A stretch of DNA of 62,964 nt, the filler included, from Octopus bimaculoides (lineage: Eukaryota): NCBI RefSeq assembly GCF_001194135.2. It is 4 parts of 4 records of this genome, joined end to end, with 100 filler letters (N's around TTAATTAATTAA, not from the genome) between each part and the next. Parts side by side here need not be neighbours in the genome. Positions count along the whole stretch, not along the records: positions 1 to 31,825 come from NC_068982.1; 3 more parts are not named here. One strand, written 5' to 3'. The translations under genes and the position numbers were made by a program. Position 1 is the stretch's first letter. Each line of letters begins with the position of its first letter. The notes beneath the pieces are model-generated. The model had not been told where the DNA came from. It did not search any database and saw only the letters and a program-made list of their open reading frames with translations. Shown in pieces: positions 1 through 11,047 of this stretch.

Positions 1-19
1 TATATATATATATATATAT

Positions 20-285
20 CATCATCATCATCATCATCATCATCGTTTAACGTCCGTTTTCCATGCTGGTATGGTTTGGACGGTTTGACAGGGGACTGGC
101 AAGTCAGGAGGCTGCAACAAGCTCCAATCTGATTTGACAAAGTTTCTATAGCTGGATGCCCTTCCATCGACCACGTTCAGATGGTGCTCTTTACGTGACA
201 TCAGCACGGGATCTTGCCACCGACACGAGGTGCGAAGCTGCCGTAAAAATCTACGAGTCAGATGCATTGCCATCTGCATAACACA
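20..285 (-). mobile_element. SINE family C (RTE-type 3' tail ending ttaaacgatgatgat), partial copy
   Basis: Similar in reverse to copies at 8400-8685 and 16790-17195 (ggaagggcatccagct, catggaaaacggacgttaaac(gat)n). Confidence 0.7.
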
Positions 286-310
286 AGGTCATAATTTGAA
301 GTTGTTTTTA

Positions 311-505
311 ACGCAGTGAGCTGGAACAATTGTTAGCATGCCGGAGAAAATGCTTAGCAACATTTCGTCTGTCTTTACATTCTGAGTTCAAATTCCATCA
401 AGGTCGACTTTACCTTTCATCGTTTCAGGGTCGATAAAATAAACACCAGTTGGGTCTTATTCATTACCCACAAATTGCTTGCCATGTGCCAAAATTTGAA
501 ACAAT
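311..505 (+). mobile_element. tRNA-derived SINE family A
   Basis: gtgagctgg...gttagca...ctgagttcaaattcc...gtcgactttacctttcatc shared with more than 15 copies in the window. Confidence 0.8.
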
Positions 506-933
506 GAGTTATGTCCCTTTAATATATGAGTTGTGTCCCTTGAATATGAATGCGATCTACTAGAAGAGTTTGTACGAAATATAGTAACGATTTCTTTAAA
601 AATCAATATCTCTAGATAAAAATCAATCCTCTGCAGAGGATTTGCAAATTGACAACATCTTTTAAAGTGGTTTACATATTTACATATATAGAACAGGCTA
701 TAATTCATTGCACACGAGATTTCAATCGTAAAACGGTGTGATGTAAAATGTGGTGCCAAGCTTCATATTACCTTGGGATAAACAAGTACACTAATCAGAT
801 GGGTTAATAAAAGCTGTAGATTTTTTCGAAACTTTAATAGCGTTTTACAAAAAAATCAAAATCATGATTTAAGTAGCTATTGTATTAAAATACACTTAGC
901 GTCATTACAACAATTACAGTTGATTGAACAGTT

Positions 934-1176
934 TTTTTTATATGATAGCATAAGTACCATAAAAATTATTAAACCTGACAGAGCAAAGTTTTGTATGATA
1001 GTATGTCATGAAAACTTTAACGTTTGATGCAGTGAAGTTTTGCATGATAATTTGTAAGTGCCATATATTCTATCATATTTAATGCAGCCTATGTTTTGTT
1101 TGATAGTACATAGATACCATGAAAACTATCATATTTGACAGAAGAAGGTTTTGTATGATAGCATATAAGTACCAGA
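934..1176. repeat. Degenerate ~55 bp minisatellite, about 4-5 units
   Basis: Recurrent gttttgtatgatag...taccat..aaact...tttga motif. Confidence 0.55.
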
Positions 1177-1305
1177 CAGTTAAAATGTGATCATTTTACT
1201 GTACTGATGTTTGTTGGTTGGTTTTCTTGAACTCAAAATCTTCATTATGAATGTTTTGTCACATGTCTTGTATAGAATTTAGGAATGATGTTATGTATTT
1301 AAAGT

Positions 1306-1512
1306 AAAGCAGCAAGCTGGCAGAATTGTGAGCATACTGAATAAAATGCTTAGTGGTACTTCGTCCATCTTTATGTCCTGAGTTCAAATTCCACAGGTTG
1401 ACTTTGCCTTTCATCCTTTCAGGGTCAATAAAATAAGTTGAGCACTGGGGTCAATGTAATCAATTTACCCTACGCCCCAAACTTGCAGGCCTTGAGTCAA
1501 AATTTGAAACCA
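1306..1512 (+). mobile_element. SINE family A with target-site duplication
   Basis: Family A consensus; flanked by atgttatgtatttaa / atgttgtgtatttaa. Confidence 0.85.
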
Positions 1513-2269
1513 ATGTTGTGTATTTAAGTGTGTGTTTCATTTCATTTGCAACTTGAAGTTTCAGACTTCTAACTTCTTCTGAAACAGAGTGAATTCCATT
1601 GATCTACATTTTACCAATCTGATGCTACTTCATAATTTAACCATTTAAGTATCTATTTTCTATGTCTTAAAGTAGAAGTACCTCTTTTCTATTGATGCAA
1701 ATGAAGCAACAATGATGACATGATATTAAACTAAGATGGAGTCTTTAGTCCATCATTGAAATGTTTCTTTGTTGTCCTTTTTTTATAAGTAATTCCATAG
1801 TCATTGCTTTGATGAACTTTCCAGCCTACTACCGTCTGTCATGATCTTTAAACATGTCACCTACTTCTCTCTCAAGACACATCACTTTTCTCTTGTGCCT
1901 CCTGTTAGTCATAAGTTTTTTATTTTAAGAGTTTCTTTCTTTCTACTCTCTAGAATTTCTTACCATCTTCTTGTATTCCTCTGGTCTATAATATTCAGTC
2001 CTTTAAGCTTTTGGCATCTATTGAATTTGTAGGCCCACATCATTTCTTTCTTTGTAGTCACTTACACTACAGTGACCCCCAAGCATTGTTTGGGACACAG
2101 TTGTTAAAACAAAGAAAACAAGTAATGTAATGTTAATAAAATCTGAATCTTAAGCTTTAATGATCATAAGCTATATTTATGTCAAACTATATAAACCTGA
2201 AGAGTATGCTTGTTTCTGTATAATATATATAAATAAGCAGTAATAAATAAAAAGAATCAACATATTTAA

Positions 2270-2489
2270 CCCTTTAGCATTCAGATTACTCTGTGAAATG
2301 TAATGCTTATTTATTCACATTGTTTTGAATTAATAATGCATTATCTCATAGTTTCCAAATTTTGAAGATGTGATTGTTTACTTGTAGAATGACATTGTAT
2401 GATAGGTGTGAGAGGCTGGATCTGGCCAGTTAGAAAATAAAATTGGTAGAATATGTGAGCCGGATATAGCTGGTTTAAATGCTAAAGGG
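2270..2489. mobile_element. 220 bp MITE with CCCTTTAGCATT terminal inverted repeats, TTAA target (piggyBac-like)
   Basis: ttaa|CCCTTTAGCATT ... AATGCTAAAGGG|ttta; inverted copy of equal length at 17676-17895. Confidence 0.8.
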
Positions 2490-2532
2490 TTTAGCAGAAT
2501 AAAAGAGAAAGCAATATATATAAATTGTTAAC

Positions 2533-2726
2533 CTGATGCATAGGATGCGTGAGGAATATTTCAACACTTCTCCCCTCACATAATGGTTTTTCTTCATAGC
2601 GTTTAAGTAAATTGTTAAAGTCTGGTTTTTGTTTATATTCTGCTAAAACTTGTAAACTGTAATGATGGTTCCTAACATACTCCTGATAGATACATAACAT
2701 GGGTAAAAGGATGTCAAAAAGGTCAC
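2533..2726 (-). CDS. RasGRF: Internal exon (194 bp) of a Ras-specific guanine nucleotide-releasing factor (RasGRF-like), DH domain
   Basis: Translates (G)[64 protein letters not shown], closely matching recalled vertebrate RASGRF1/2 [26 protein letters not shown]...FLTYPMFQ; acceptor ttctataatttcAG and donor CAG|GTtaac; phases fit the 3890-3969 exon. Confidence 0.93.
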
Positions 2727-2903
2727 CTGAAATTATAGAACAGAATCATTCATAATATAAACAGACAGACATTGTGAACATTGGAAATAACACATTTGTT
2801 GCCTATTTATAAAAAGAAGTTGATTAATTGATAGATAGATATACATATGTAAGTGGATACTTGTATATATGTGTATACGTGTGTGCATATATATAGATAA
2901 TAC

Positions 2904-2939
<36 letters not shown>

Positions 2940-3703
2940 TGTTGTACTTGGGGATGGTCATATTGCCAGTTTAGCCAATAAAAACACACGCACTGTATAT
3001 TTGGTGTTAATTTTTTTTTTTTCCGCTTTATATTACATTAATCTTAATCTTAATCTTGTTTCGGCCAGAGTTCTTTCGTCACACTTCTGTGACCTCATCA
3101 GTGGTCCTTTGTTTCCTTCTTTCTTATGTGTATCTCACCTTGCTAACTATCAGCCATTTTGTATTTTGTATTCCTATTGTATGTGTCTACNNNNNNNNNN
3201 NNNNNNNNNNNNNNNNNNNNNNNNNNNNNNNNNNNNNNNNNNNNNNNNNNNNNNNNNNNNNNNNNNNNNNNNNNNNNNNNNNNNNNNNNNNNNNNNNNNN
3301 NNNNNNNNNNNNNNNNNNNNNNNNNNNNNNNNNNNNNNNNNNNNNNNNNNNNNNNNNNNNNNNNNNNNNNNNNNNNNNNNNNNNNNNNNNNNNNNNNNNN
3401 NNNNNNNNNNNNNNNNNNNNNNNNNNNNNNNNNNNNNNNNNNNNNNNNNNNNNNNNNNNNNNNNNNNNNNNNNNNNNNNNNNNNNNNNNNNNNNNNNNNN
3501 NNNNNNNNNNNNNNNNNNNNNNNNNNNNNNNNNNNNNNNNNNNNNNNNNNNNNNNNNNNNNNNNNNNNNNNNNNNNNNNNNNNNNNNNNNNNNNNNNNNN
3601 NNNNNNNNNNNNNNNNNNNNNNNNNNNNNNNNNNNNNNNNNNNNTATATATATATATATATATATATACCTATACATGCTCACGCACACACATAAACAAA
3701 CAT

Positions 3704-3750
<47 letters not shown>

Positions 3751-3889
3751 AACACACACACACACACACACAAAATTTCTGATGATGCTGAACACTTTCT
3801 TTTGTATATCAAGTGTCACCTGAAAAGTGAGATTGTCATAAGAGCAAACAGTAAATTTTGGTTACTTAAAAGATTAAATTTTAACTTAC

Positions 3890-3969
3890 CTAATACTAAT
3901 GTTGGCCAATTTTCTAACCTTGCTGATAATCCTTTTAAGAAGATTTGGTGTAAAAACAATAAAGTTTCA
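3890..3969 (-). CDS. RasGRF: Internal exon (80 bp) of the same RasGRF-like gene, DH domain
   Basis: Translates (S)ETLLFLHQIFLKGLSARLENWPTLVL(G), matching RASGRF1 [28 protein letters not shown]; polypyrimidine acceptor ttatctcttccAG and donor G|GTaagt; joins in frame to the 2533-2726 exon. Confidence 0.93.
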
Positions 3970-4282
3970 CTGGAAGAGATAATAAGGAAAATAAAAGTTA
4001 CAAGAATGCTTTAAATAAGTTTATAACCAGTCATACACAAACTGCGATTTGAGGCTGCATGCAGCCTGTGGGACTTTCCAAAGAGGCAGGCCTAATGAAA
4101 GATTACCTCATGATGGTAAGCCATGTCTCATGCAACCTGCTTCTTAATAAATGTGGCTCATATCTGTTTAAACTATTATCAATTTAGTGATGATATCAAA
4201 TGGATTTTGGGCTTGATTAAAGCACCAGGGCTACTATATCTGTTTTTAACCCTTTAGCATTTAAATAACTCTGTCAAATGAA

Positions 4283-4634
4283 AGGCAGAGTTAACTTCAG
4301 TAGCAATTGAACTTAAAACATGAAGAGCTGGAAGAAGTTCTATTAAACACTTTTTCCAGTGTGCTAATGATACTGCCAGCTCATTACCTTCTTAATGATG
4401 ATGATGATGATGATGATGATCCTTTCTACTAGAGGCATAAGGCATGAAAATTTTGGGGGAGGGGTAAGTCGATTACATCAGCCCCAGTGCGCAACTGGTA
4501 CTTAATTTATCAACCCTGAAAGGAGGAAAGGCAAAGTCAACCTTGAGAGAATTTGAACTCAGAATGTAATGTCAGGTGAAATATTGCTAAGCATTTCACC
4601 TGGTGAGCTAACAATTCTGCCAACTCATCGCCTT
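4283..4634 (-). mobile_element. Partial plus full SINE family A copies
   Basis: Reverse complement of family A; 5' end abuts the (AAT)n tract at 4635. Confidence 0.8.
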
Positions 4635-4664
4635 AATAATAATAATAATAATAATAATAATAGC

Positions 4665-4727
<63 letters not shown>
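4633..4727. repeat. (AAT)n microsatellite
   Basis: Direct reading. Confidence 0.95.
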
Positions 4728-4729
<2 letters not shown>

Positions 4730-5783
4730 AAAGAAGGATCACATAGGAGAGTTAAGAAGAAGGGGAGATAACTAAAAAGTGGTGATCCCAAGACGAAGGT
4801 GCGTGTGTGTGAGAGAATGCTGGTGATCTTAACGTATGCATGTGTGTATGTAGGTGTGAAGGTGTGAAAATGTGGGAATGGGAATTGGTCAGTGCTGGTG
4901 TGTACGTGGTGGTGTGTTGTGAAGTGATGTGTTGTGTGATATGGTGTGATGTAAGGGTGTTGGGAGGTGGGATATATNNNNNNNNNNNNNNNNNNNNNNN
5001 NNNNNNNNNNNNNNNNNNNNNNNNNNNNNNNNNNNNNNNNNNNNNNNNNNNNNNNNNNNNNNNNNNNNNNNNNNNNNNNNNNNNNNNNNNNNNNNNNNNN
5101 NNNNNNNNNNNNNNNNNNNNNNNNNNNNNNNNNNNNNNNNNNNNNNNNNNNNNNNNNNNNNNNNNNNNNNNNNNNNNNNNNNNNNNNNNNNNNNNNNNNN
5201 NNNNNNNNNNNNNNNNNNNNNNNNNNNNNNNNNNNNNNNNNNNNNNNNNNNNNNNNNNNNNNNNNNNNNNNNNNNNNNNNNNNNNNNNNNNNNNNNNNNN
5301 NNNNNNNNNNNNNNNNNNNNNNNNNNNNNNNNNNNNNNNNNNNNNNNNNNNNNNNNNNNNNNNNNNNNNNNNNNNNNNNNNNNNNNNNNNNNNNNNNNNN
5401 NNNNNNNNNNNNNNNNNNNNNNNNNNNNNNNNNNNNNNNNNNNNNNNNNNNNNNNNNNNNNNNNNNNNNNNNNNNNNNNNNNNNNNNNNNNNNNNNNNNN
5501 NNNNNNNNNNNNNNNNNNNNNNNNNNNNNNNNNNNNNNNNNNNNNNNNNNNNNNNNNNNNNNNNNNNNNNNNNNNNNNNNNNNNNNNNNNNNNNNNNNNN
5601 NNNNNNNNNNNNNNNNNNNNNNAAAAACCCTTCAAAGCAGTGCCCCAGCATGGCTGCAGCCCAGAGACTAAAGTAAAAAATAAAAGATAAAGATACAACT
5701 CAATTAAGCACACCTGTGGCATGGGTGACTTCAGCATTAATGCACTCTCTAATGACATTTAGGACACCACTGGCTAGTCAATC

Positions 5784-5786
<3 letters not shown>

Positions 5787-5835
<49 letters not shown>

Positions 5836-5845
5836 GTGGTTGTTG

Positions 5846-5886
<41 letters not shown>

Positions 5887-5905
5887 GTGGTTGTTGTTGT
5901 TATTG
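5787..5905. repeat. (ATT)n/(GTT)n microsatellite
   Basis: Direct reading. Confidence 0.95.
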
Positions 5906-6674
5906 TTAGAGTTTAAATACTGCTGATGCCGACTTTGCCTTTTATCCATTTGAGGTCGATAAAACAAGTACCAGGTGAACACCAAGGTGGATGTAATCGA
6001 TTAGCCTCCACCCCATGCTCGATGCAAAAGGGTGCATGTGAAGGCACTGCCCCCTCATTAATCAATGGTGCACCCTAAGATTTAGAAAATACAGTTTACA
6101 AAAATCCTCCTGCAATACAAATTAATGCCTGCCCAGAATACTCTGATGAATCCCAGGCACCAAAGCCTGGTGATGGGCCTGTCCCTCCCCAAAAATTTCA
6201 GGCCTTCTGCCTATGGTAGAAAGAATCATTATTATTGTTATTGTTGTAGTTATTTAAGATAAGATTTCAACACACAAAAAATAGCAATTGCTTCCGTTTA
6301 TTGGTATTTATTTATACTAATAAAGTTTTCAATTATTCCTTTATAAATTAAAATACAGACTTCGAATTATGAATATTTGAAAGAAGCATTTGGATCCAGG
6401 AAGGAAATACTTTTGTTATTTACTTTGTAGTCGCCTCGGTCTATACTTGAAATCAAAAACTACACGAAAAACCAGATTTAAAAAAAAAAAAGAAAAAGAA
6501 AAGAAAGTGCATCTGAAAATATTTTACGAAAGGGAAGTTACTCTAACCAATAAAAGTAAAAGTTATTCCCCTTGAAAATAATTTTTTTAAATTTTCGTAA
6601 TTCGATTTTTACATATTTTTGTCGTTGTTTTCCGATCAAGTTACAATAATGTTTTAAGTCTAGAAATGCTGGAA

Positions 6675-6718
<44 letters not shown>

Positions 6719-7135
6719 ACCTTTTCTCATGTTTGTAAACAAAAGCATTCTTTCGTTCATGGGAAGGTGGCTTTGAAGGGGTACTTCTTTCAGTGGTTTA
6801 GTCGAGCATATCGATCCCAGGACTTGGTGCCATGGTTGTCAGATCAATAAGAAAACCGTTTGTTTGATTATGAAGAGGACTTCTTTAACCCACACATTCC
6901 TGCCATGAACAGATGAACTACATATAAAGCTACAATACTGTACGTAATGGTTACTTGTAATCAATAATTGATTATAGCAAACCCTGAATGAATGAGATTC
7001 GGGGTTTATGGTCAAAGTGTTATTATTGACATTGTGCTCAAGAAATCACTAAATCTGTTTGTTATCCCACTTAGGCTGCAAATCAATAACATACAAAACT
7101 CAAATTCATTTAAATAACTTAGCTACTTTTCTGCA

Positions 7136-7510
7136 TTGAGAGATCACAACTCTAGTATTATGGACAATGTGATTAAAATATTGCAAGAAAAATTTGTAAG
7201 GCAGACAGTTCAAGCTGATCCAACCAGCAGGAGACCTAAAGGTAGATTAAGAATGAGATGGTTGGGTAATACCCATAGTCTCAATTGGTCGTGCTTGGGA
7301 ATCCAAGCAGAAAGTCTAGTGAGGGTTGCTTCTGATAGGATCCTATGGTGGAGGTTCCTGAGGACTCTGCCCCAACAACCCTCTCAAGAATAGTGGATGG
7401 ATGGATTGATGGATGGATGGATGGGTGGTTGGGTGGATGGATGGATGGATAGATGGGTGCATGGATGGATGGATGAATGGGTGGCTGGATGGATGAATGA
7501 ATGGGTGGTT
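7136..7510 (+). mobile_element. 3' end of an RTE-clade LINE (Rex3/Expander-like) with (GGAT)n tail
   Basis: [54 protein letters not shown] resembles the recalled Rex3/Expander C-terminus GRPRTRWRDYVSRLAWERLGIPPEELEEV..REVW.SLLRLLPPRP; followed by (GGAT)n. Confidence 0.7.
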
Positions 7511-8399
7511 GGACGGAAGAAGTAGTTCTAATGACCTTTAGAAGTATTCTCATTTTGGCTATTCCAGGTAATGGTCAACCTGAAAATTTGCAGGATAAAC
7601 ATGTAATAAAGGGAAATTTACTGAAGACAATCAAGAAAAAAATGAAAAAATAAAAAGGTTATGGGCCGGAGCCTTCTTTGTCACAGTAAGGGCCTCTAGG
7701 GGAAATCAATGTACATGGGCTTCTAACATTTATTAAAGGCAAACTACAGTATACATAGGTCAGAATTGGGATCTACACCTGTGAGACCCCTGGACAACCG
7801 CCCAATATGCCCATGCCTTAAAATAGCATTGTGCTGGGGTTAAACCAAGTAACATATGAACTCTATTAAAAGTATGTTTGAGCTCTTTTCCACCTTCAAA
7901 ACCATTACTATCTCCTGCATACCTTTTATCATGTTAGGTGACCACAAGTGAATTTCAATTACTCCTAACACATCCACATTACTATGTAATGATCTCTGTC
8001 TCCCAAATCCTATGATGTTACAAGTCAGCTGACTGGTCAGGACTAACTCCATGAGTTCTATGTTAATCATCCCTGGTAGCACATTTGCTTCAGCTGTGAT
8101 CCATCAGTGGCAGCTAAGTTAGTGACAAAATATTAAAAAAGAAACAAAAAAAAAGAAACATTAGGTATGTTACTCTACATCTTACAATCATCATCATCAT
8201 CATCATCATGTTTATTAAACTCTGGTATTTATTCTGCTGGTCTCTTTCAAACACTATACTACATACAAAACAACATACAACCAAAATAAAACTTGGCATC
8301 AAACAACTAAATAATGAAATAACAATTAAATAAATTATATAACCTAAGACCACCTCCTCCACTGCCTCTTCCCCTTTCAAAGATTCCTGGTCTTGAAAG

Positions 8400-8685
8400 T
8401 TACTTGGTGACCCTGCCAGTGCTGGTGCCACATAAAACGCATCCAGTCCACACTGTGAAGTGGTTGGCATTTGGAAGGGCATCCAGCTGTAAAAACCATG
8501 TTAAAACTGACCTTGCCTGTGCTGGTGCCACATAAAAAGCACTCTATCCACTTAGCCATAAAAACCATGCCAAAACAGACACAAAAGCCTGGTGTAGTCT
8601 TCTGCCTGGCAGGCTTCTGTCAAACCATCCAGCTCATGTCAACAAAGGAAGGTGGATGTTAAATGATAATGATGATGATGATGAT
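8400..8685 (+). mobile_element. SINE family C
   Basis: ggttggcatttggaagggcatccagctgtaaaaa ... gttaaat(gat)n tail. Confidence 0.75.
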
Positions 8686-8789
8686 TATGAAATGAATAAA
8701 CCAAAGAGAAAAAGAAAAGAAGAAGATGAAGACTATATAAGAGTAATCATCATACTCATATCATAATGGTCAGTCCACATTACTCAGTA

Positions 8790-9015
8790 AGGAGGATAGA
8801 ACCAGTTTCTTGGCTTCTCTGGTGTATATATTCCTCTCTGGATGGGATGCCAGTCTGTTGCAGGATATTTCATTTTTACCAGCTGAGTGGACTGGGGCAG
8901 CATGAAATGAAGTGTGTTGCTAGAGAACACAATGCATTGCCTGGTTCAGAATTGAAATCACAATCTTAAGGTTGTGTGTCCAACTCCTTAACCACTAAGC
9001 CATATGCCTTCACCA
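8790..9015 (-). mobile_element. tRNA-derived SINE (fourth family)
   Basis: Minus strand gtgaaggcatatggcttagtggttaaggag...gatttcaattc tRNA-like head followed by gcaacacacttcatttcatgctgccccagtccactcagctgg. Confidence 0.55.
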
Positions 9016-9039
9016 AATCATATTACAATAATAACCTCA

Positions 9040-9410
9040 AACAAGAGCACTCAGAGAGTGCAAACCTTCACCAAGGTATCACCAATGTCCTCTCAACGAT
9101 TAGTCAGAGATGATTTTTAAAATGAGAATTCTGAAATAAACTCAACTGTTCTCACAAACAAGAATACTAACAATGAACCTGACTGCTCTCAAAAGTTTAA
9201 GTAAAAAAAAATGGAAAAATAATCCAGAATCCTTTCTCTGGTACTGGATCGATCCCAAAATCTAATCAATTCATGCGGCAAACATCCCTGAAAGTTTTAT
9301 GCAAATCCACCCAGCGGTTCTTGAGGTATCTTGTCTATGGACAAACAAGCAAACAAACAAACAAACGTGACTGAAAACAATACCTCCACCTTCGCTAAGG
9401 TGGAGGTAAT
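9040..9410 (-). mobile_element. Non-autonomous Helentron-associated (DINE-1/HINE-like) element
   Basis: Perfect 11-bp inverted repeat ACCTCCACCTT-cgct-AAGGTGGAGGT, (CAAA)n microsatellite, similar subterminal repeat and GCACTC-aga-GAGTGC hairpin at the other end; second copy at 24740-25120. Confidence 0.7.
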
Positions 9411-9525
9411 AACGATATACCTGCACTGAGACACCAAGCAAAAACCTTGTGTGATATTTCTTGAAAATCAGACACCAAAACCACATATGGAAGAGGGGAA
9501 CACAAGACAGAAAATATACATCATT

Positions 9526-9760
9526 AAGGTGGTGAGCTGGCAGAAATGAGAGCATGCCGAGTGAAATGCTTAGTAGTATTTCATCTGCTGCTACGTTCTG
9601 AGTTCAAATTCCACCAAGGTCGACTTTGTATTTCATCCTTTCACGTTCGATTAAATAAGTACCAGTTATGCACTGGGGTTGATATAATTGACTTCATCCA
9701 TTTGTCTGCCTTGTTGGACCTCTCTGTGTGTAGCCTCTTGTGGGCAGTAAAGAAATAAGA
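9526..9760 (+). mobile_element. SINE family A (long-tail subtype)
   Basis: aaggtggtgagctggcagaa...ctgagttcaaattcc...gtaaagaaata. Confidence 0.8.
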
Positions 9761-10098
9761 AAATAAATATCTGTCACCTAGACCTCTATTTTTCACTCCT
9801 TCCATTCATTAGCTATTGCCTTCACCTGACCAAAATAATAAATGAATTAAAAAAAAAATCTAAAAACTGAAATGCTCCAAGTTCAGAAACAATCACAGAC
9901 ATATATCTGTAAAATTTAGGGTGTGATAGACTCATTGCATTCACCAACTTCTATAAATACCAGAACTTGGAAGCTGGGCAAAATTAAAAAGTAGCAGGGC
10001 ACATGGAAATTTTTCTTGTTCTATAATGAATGTTCTTATTTCTCTATTTTGATGCATAAATTTATACATCTTTATAATATTTTTTAATTATGTTAACT

Positions 10099-10362
10099 AT
10101 TTCAATTCCATACTTAAGCTTGTTTAAGGTGTAAAACACAAACTTCTTTCATTTGGTTAATGATTTCAATTGTCTTTGACATCATTTCATAGTTAAGCTT
10201 ATTTAAAGTGTAAAACATAGACTTCTTCCATTTTGTTTAAAAATTTCAATTACATCATCCTTGTCATTCCATAGTTAACTTGGTTTAAAGTGTAAACTAA
10301 AAATTGATTTTTCATGTTAAAATTTCAATTGTTTTTTTATGTCATTCCATAGTTAAGTGTAA
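10099..10362. repeat. Degenerate ~80 bp minisatellite, about 3.5 units
   Basis: Recurrent atttcaatt...catagttaagctt.tttaaagtgtaaa. Confidence 0.6.
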
Positions 10363-10593
10363 TGCTCAAACACAAGCTGTGACAAGCAGGATAATATTAT
10401 AGATTTTAAAGGCTATCAAATACCTAAGTGAAGTAACATCATAGAGATCCGCCACTTGCTTGCCCATGAAATTTCTAGAGAGCCTAACCATTGATGTTAC
10501 TGAACCACACATTCTCATCTCTAGATCACAAAATAAATTCAGACAACTGCACTCAGCTACACTACAAAAATTATGTAACAGCTTCAATAACAG

Positions 10594-10684
10594 AACATTT
10601 CCCACGTGTGTCAGTCAAACTTTCAATTCAACCATATGTCAGTCAAACTTTCAACATTTCCCATGTGTGTCAGTCAAACTTTCA
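10594..10684. repeat. Three tandem ~30 bp units
   Basis: tgtcagtcaaactttca occurs three times. Confidence 0.8.
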
Positions 10685-10685
10685 A

Positions 10686-11047
10686 CTATAAGAAGTTTGC
10701 TTCTCAACCACATGGTTTTGGGTTCAGTCCTACTGCGTGGCACCTTGGGCAAATGTCTTCAACTATTGCTTCAGGTTGAACAAAGCCTTGTGAATGGATC
10801 TGGTAGACAGAAACTGAAAGAAGCCTGTTGTATATGTGTGTGTGTCTGAGGATGTCCCCTACCACTGCTTGACAACTGGTGTTGGTGTGTCTATGTACTG
10901 GTAACTTAGCAGTTTGGCAAAAGAGACCGATAGAATAAGTACCAGGCTGAAAAAGTAAAATTAAGTACTGGGGTTGATTTATTCAACTAAAAATTCTTCA
11001 AGGTGGTGTCCCAGCATGGCCACAGTCTAACGACTGAAACAAGTAAA
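10686..11047 (+). mobile_element. tRNA-derived SINE family B (5' degenerate)
   Basis: gggttcagtcctactgcgtggcaccttgggcaa...aagccttgtgaatggatctggtagacagaaactgaaagaagcc...gactgaaacaagtaaa. Confidence 0.8.

Noticed and set aside
311-400. tRNA genes at SINE heads
   Set aside because: A/B-box-like heads lack a full cloverleaf and continue into SINE bodies; no rRNA or true tRNA recognised
457-759. 100 aa ORF as the next RasGRF exon
   Set aside because: No match to the expected IPRYILTLHELLAHTP peptide and no credible splice context
10594-10684. CRISPR-like repeat-spacer array
   Set aside because: No constant-length unique spacers, eukaryotic context and no cas genes; a simple tandem repeat
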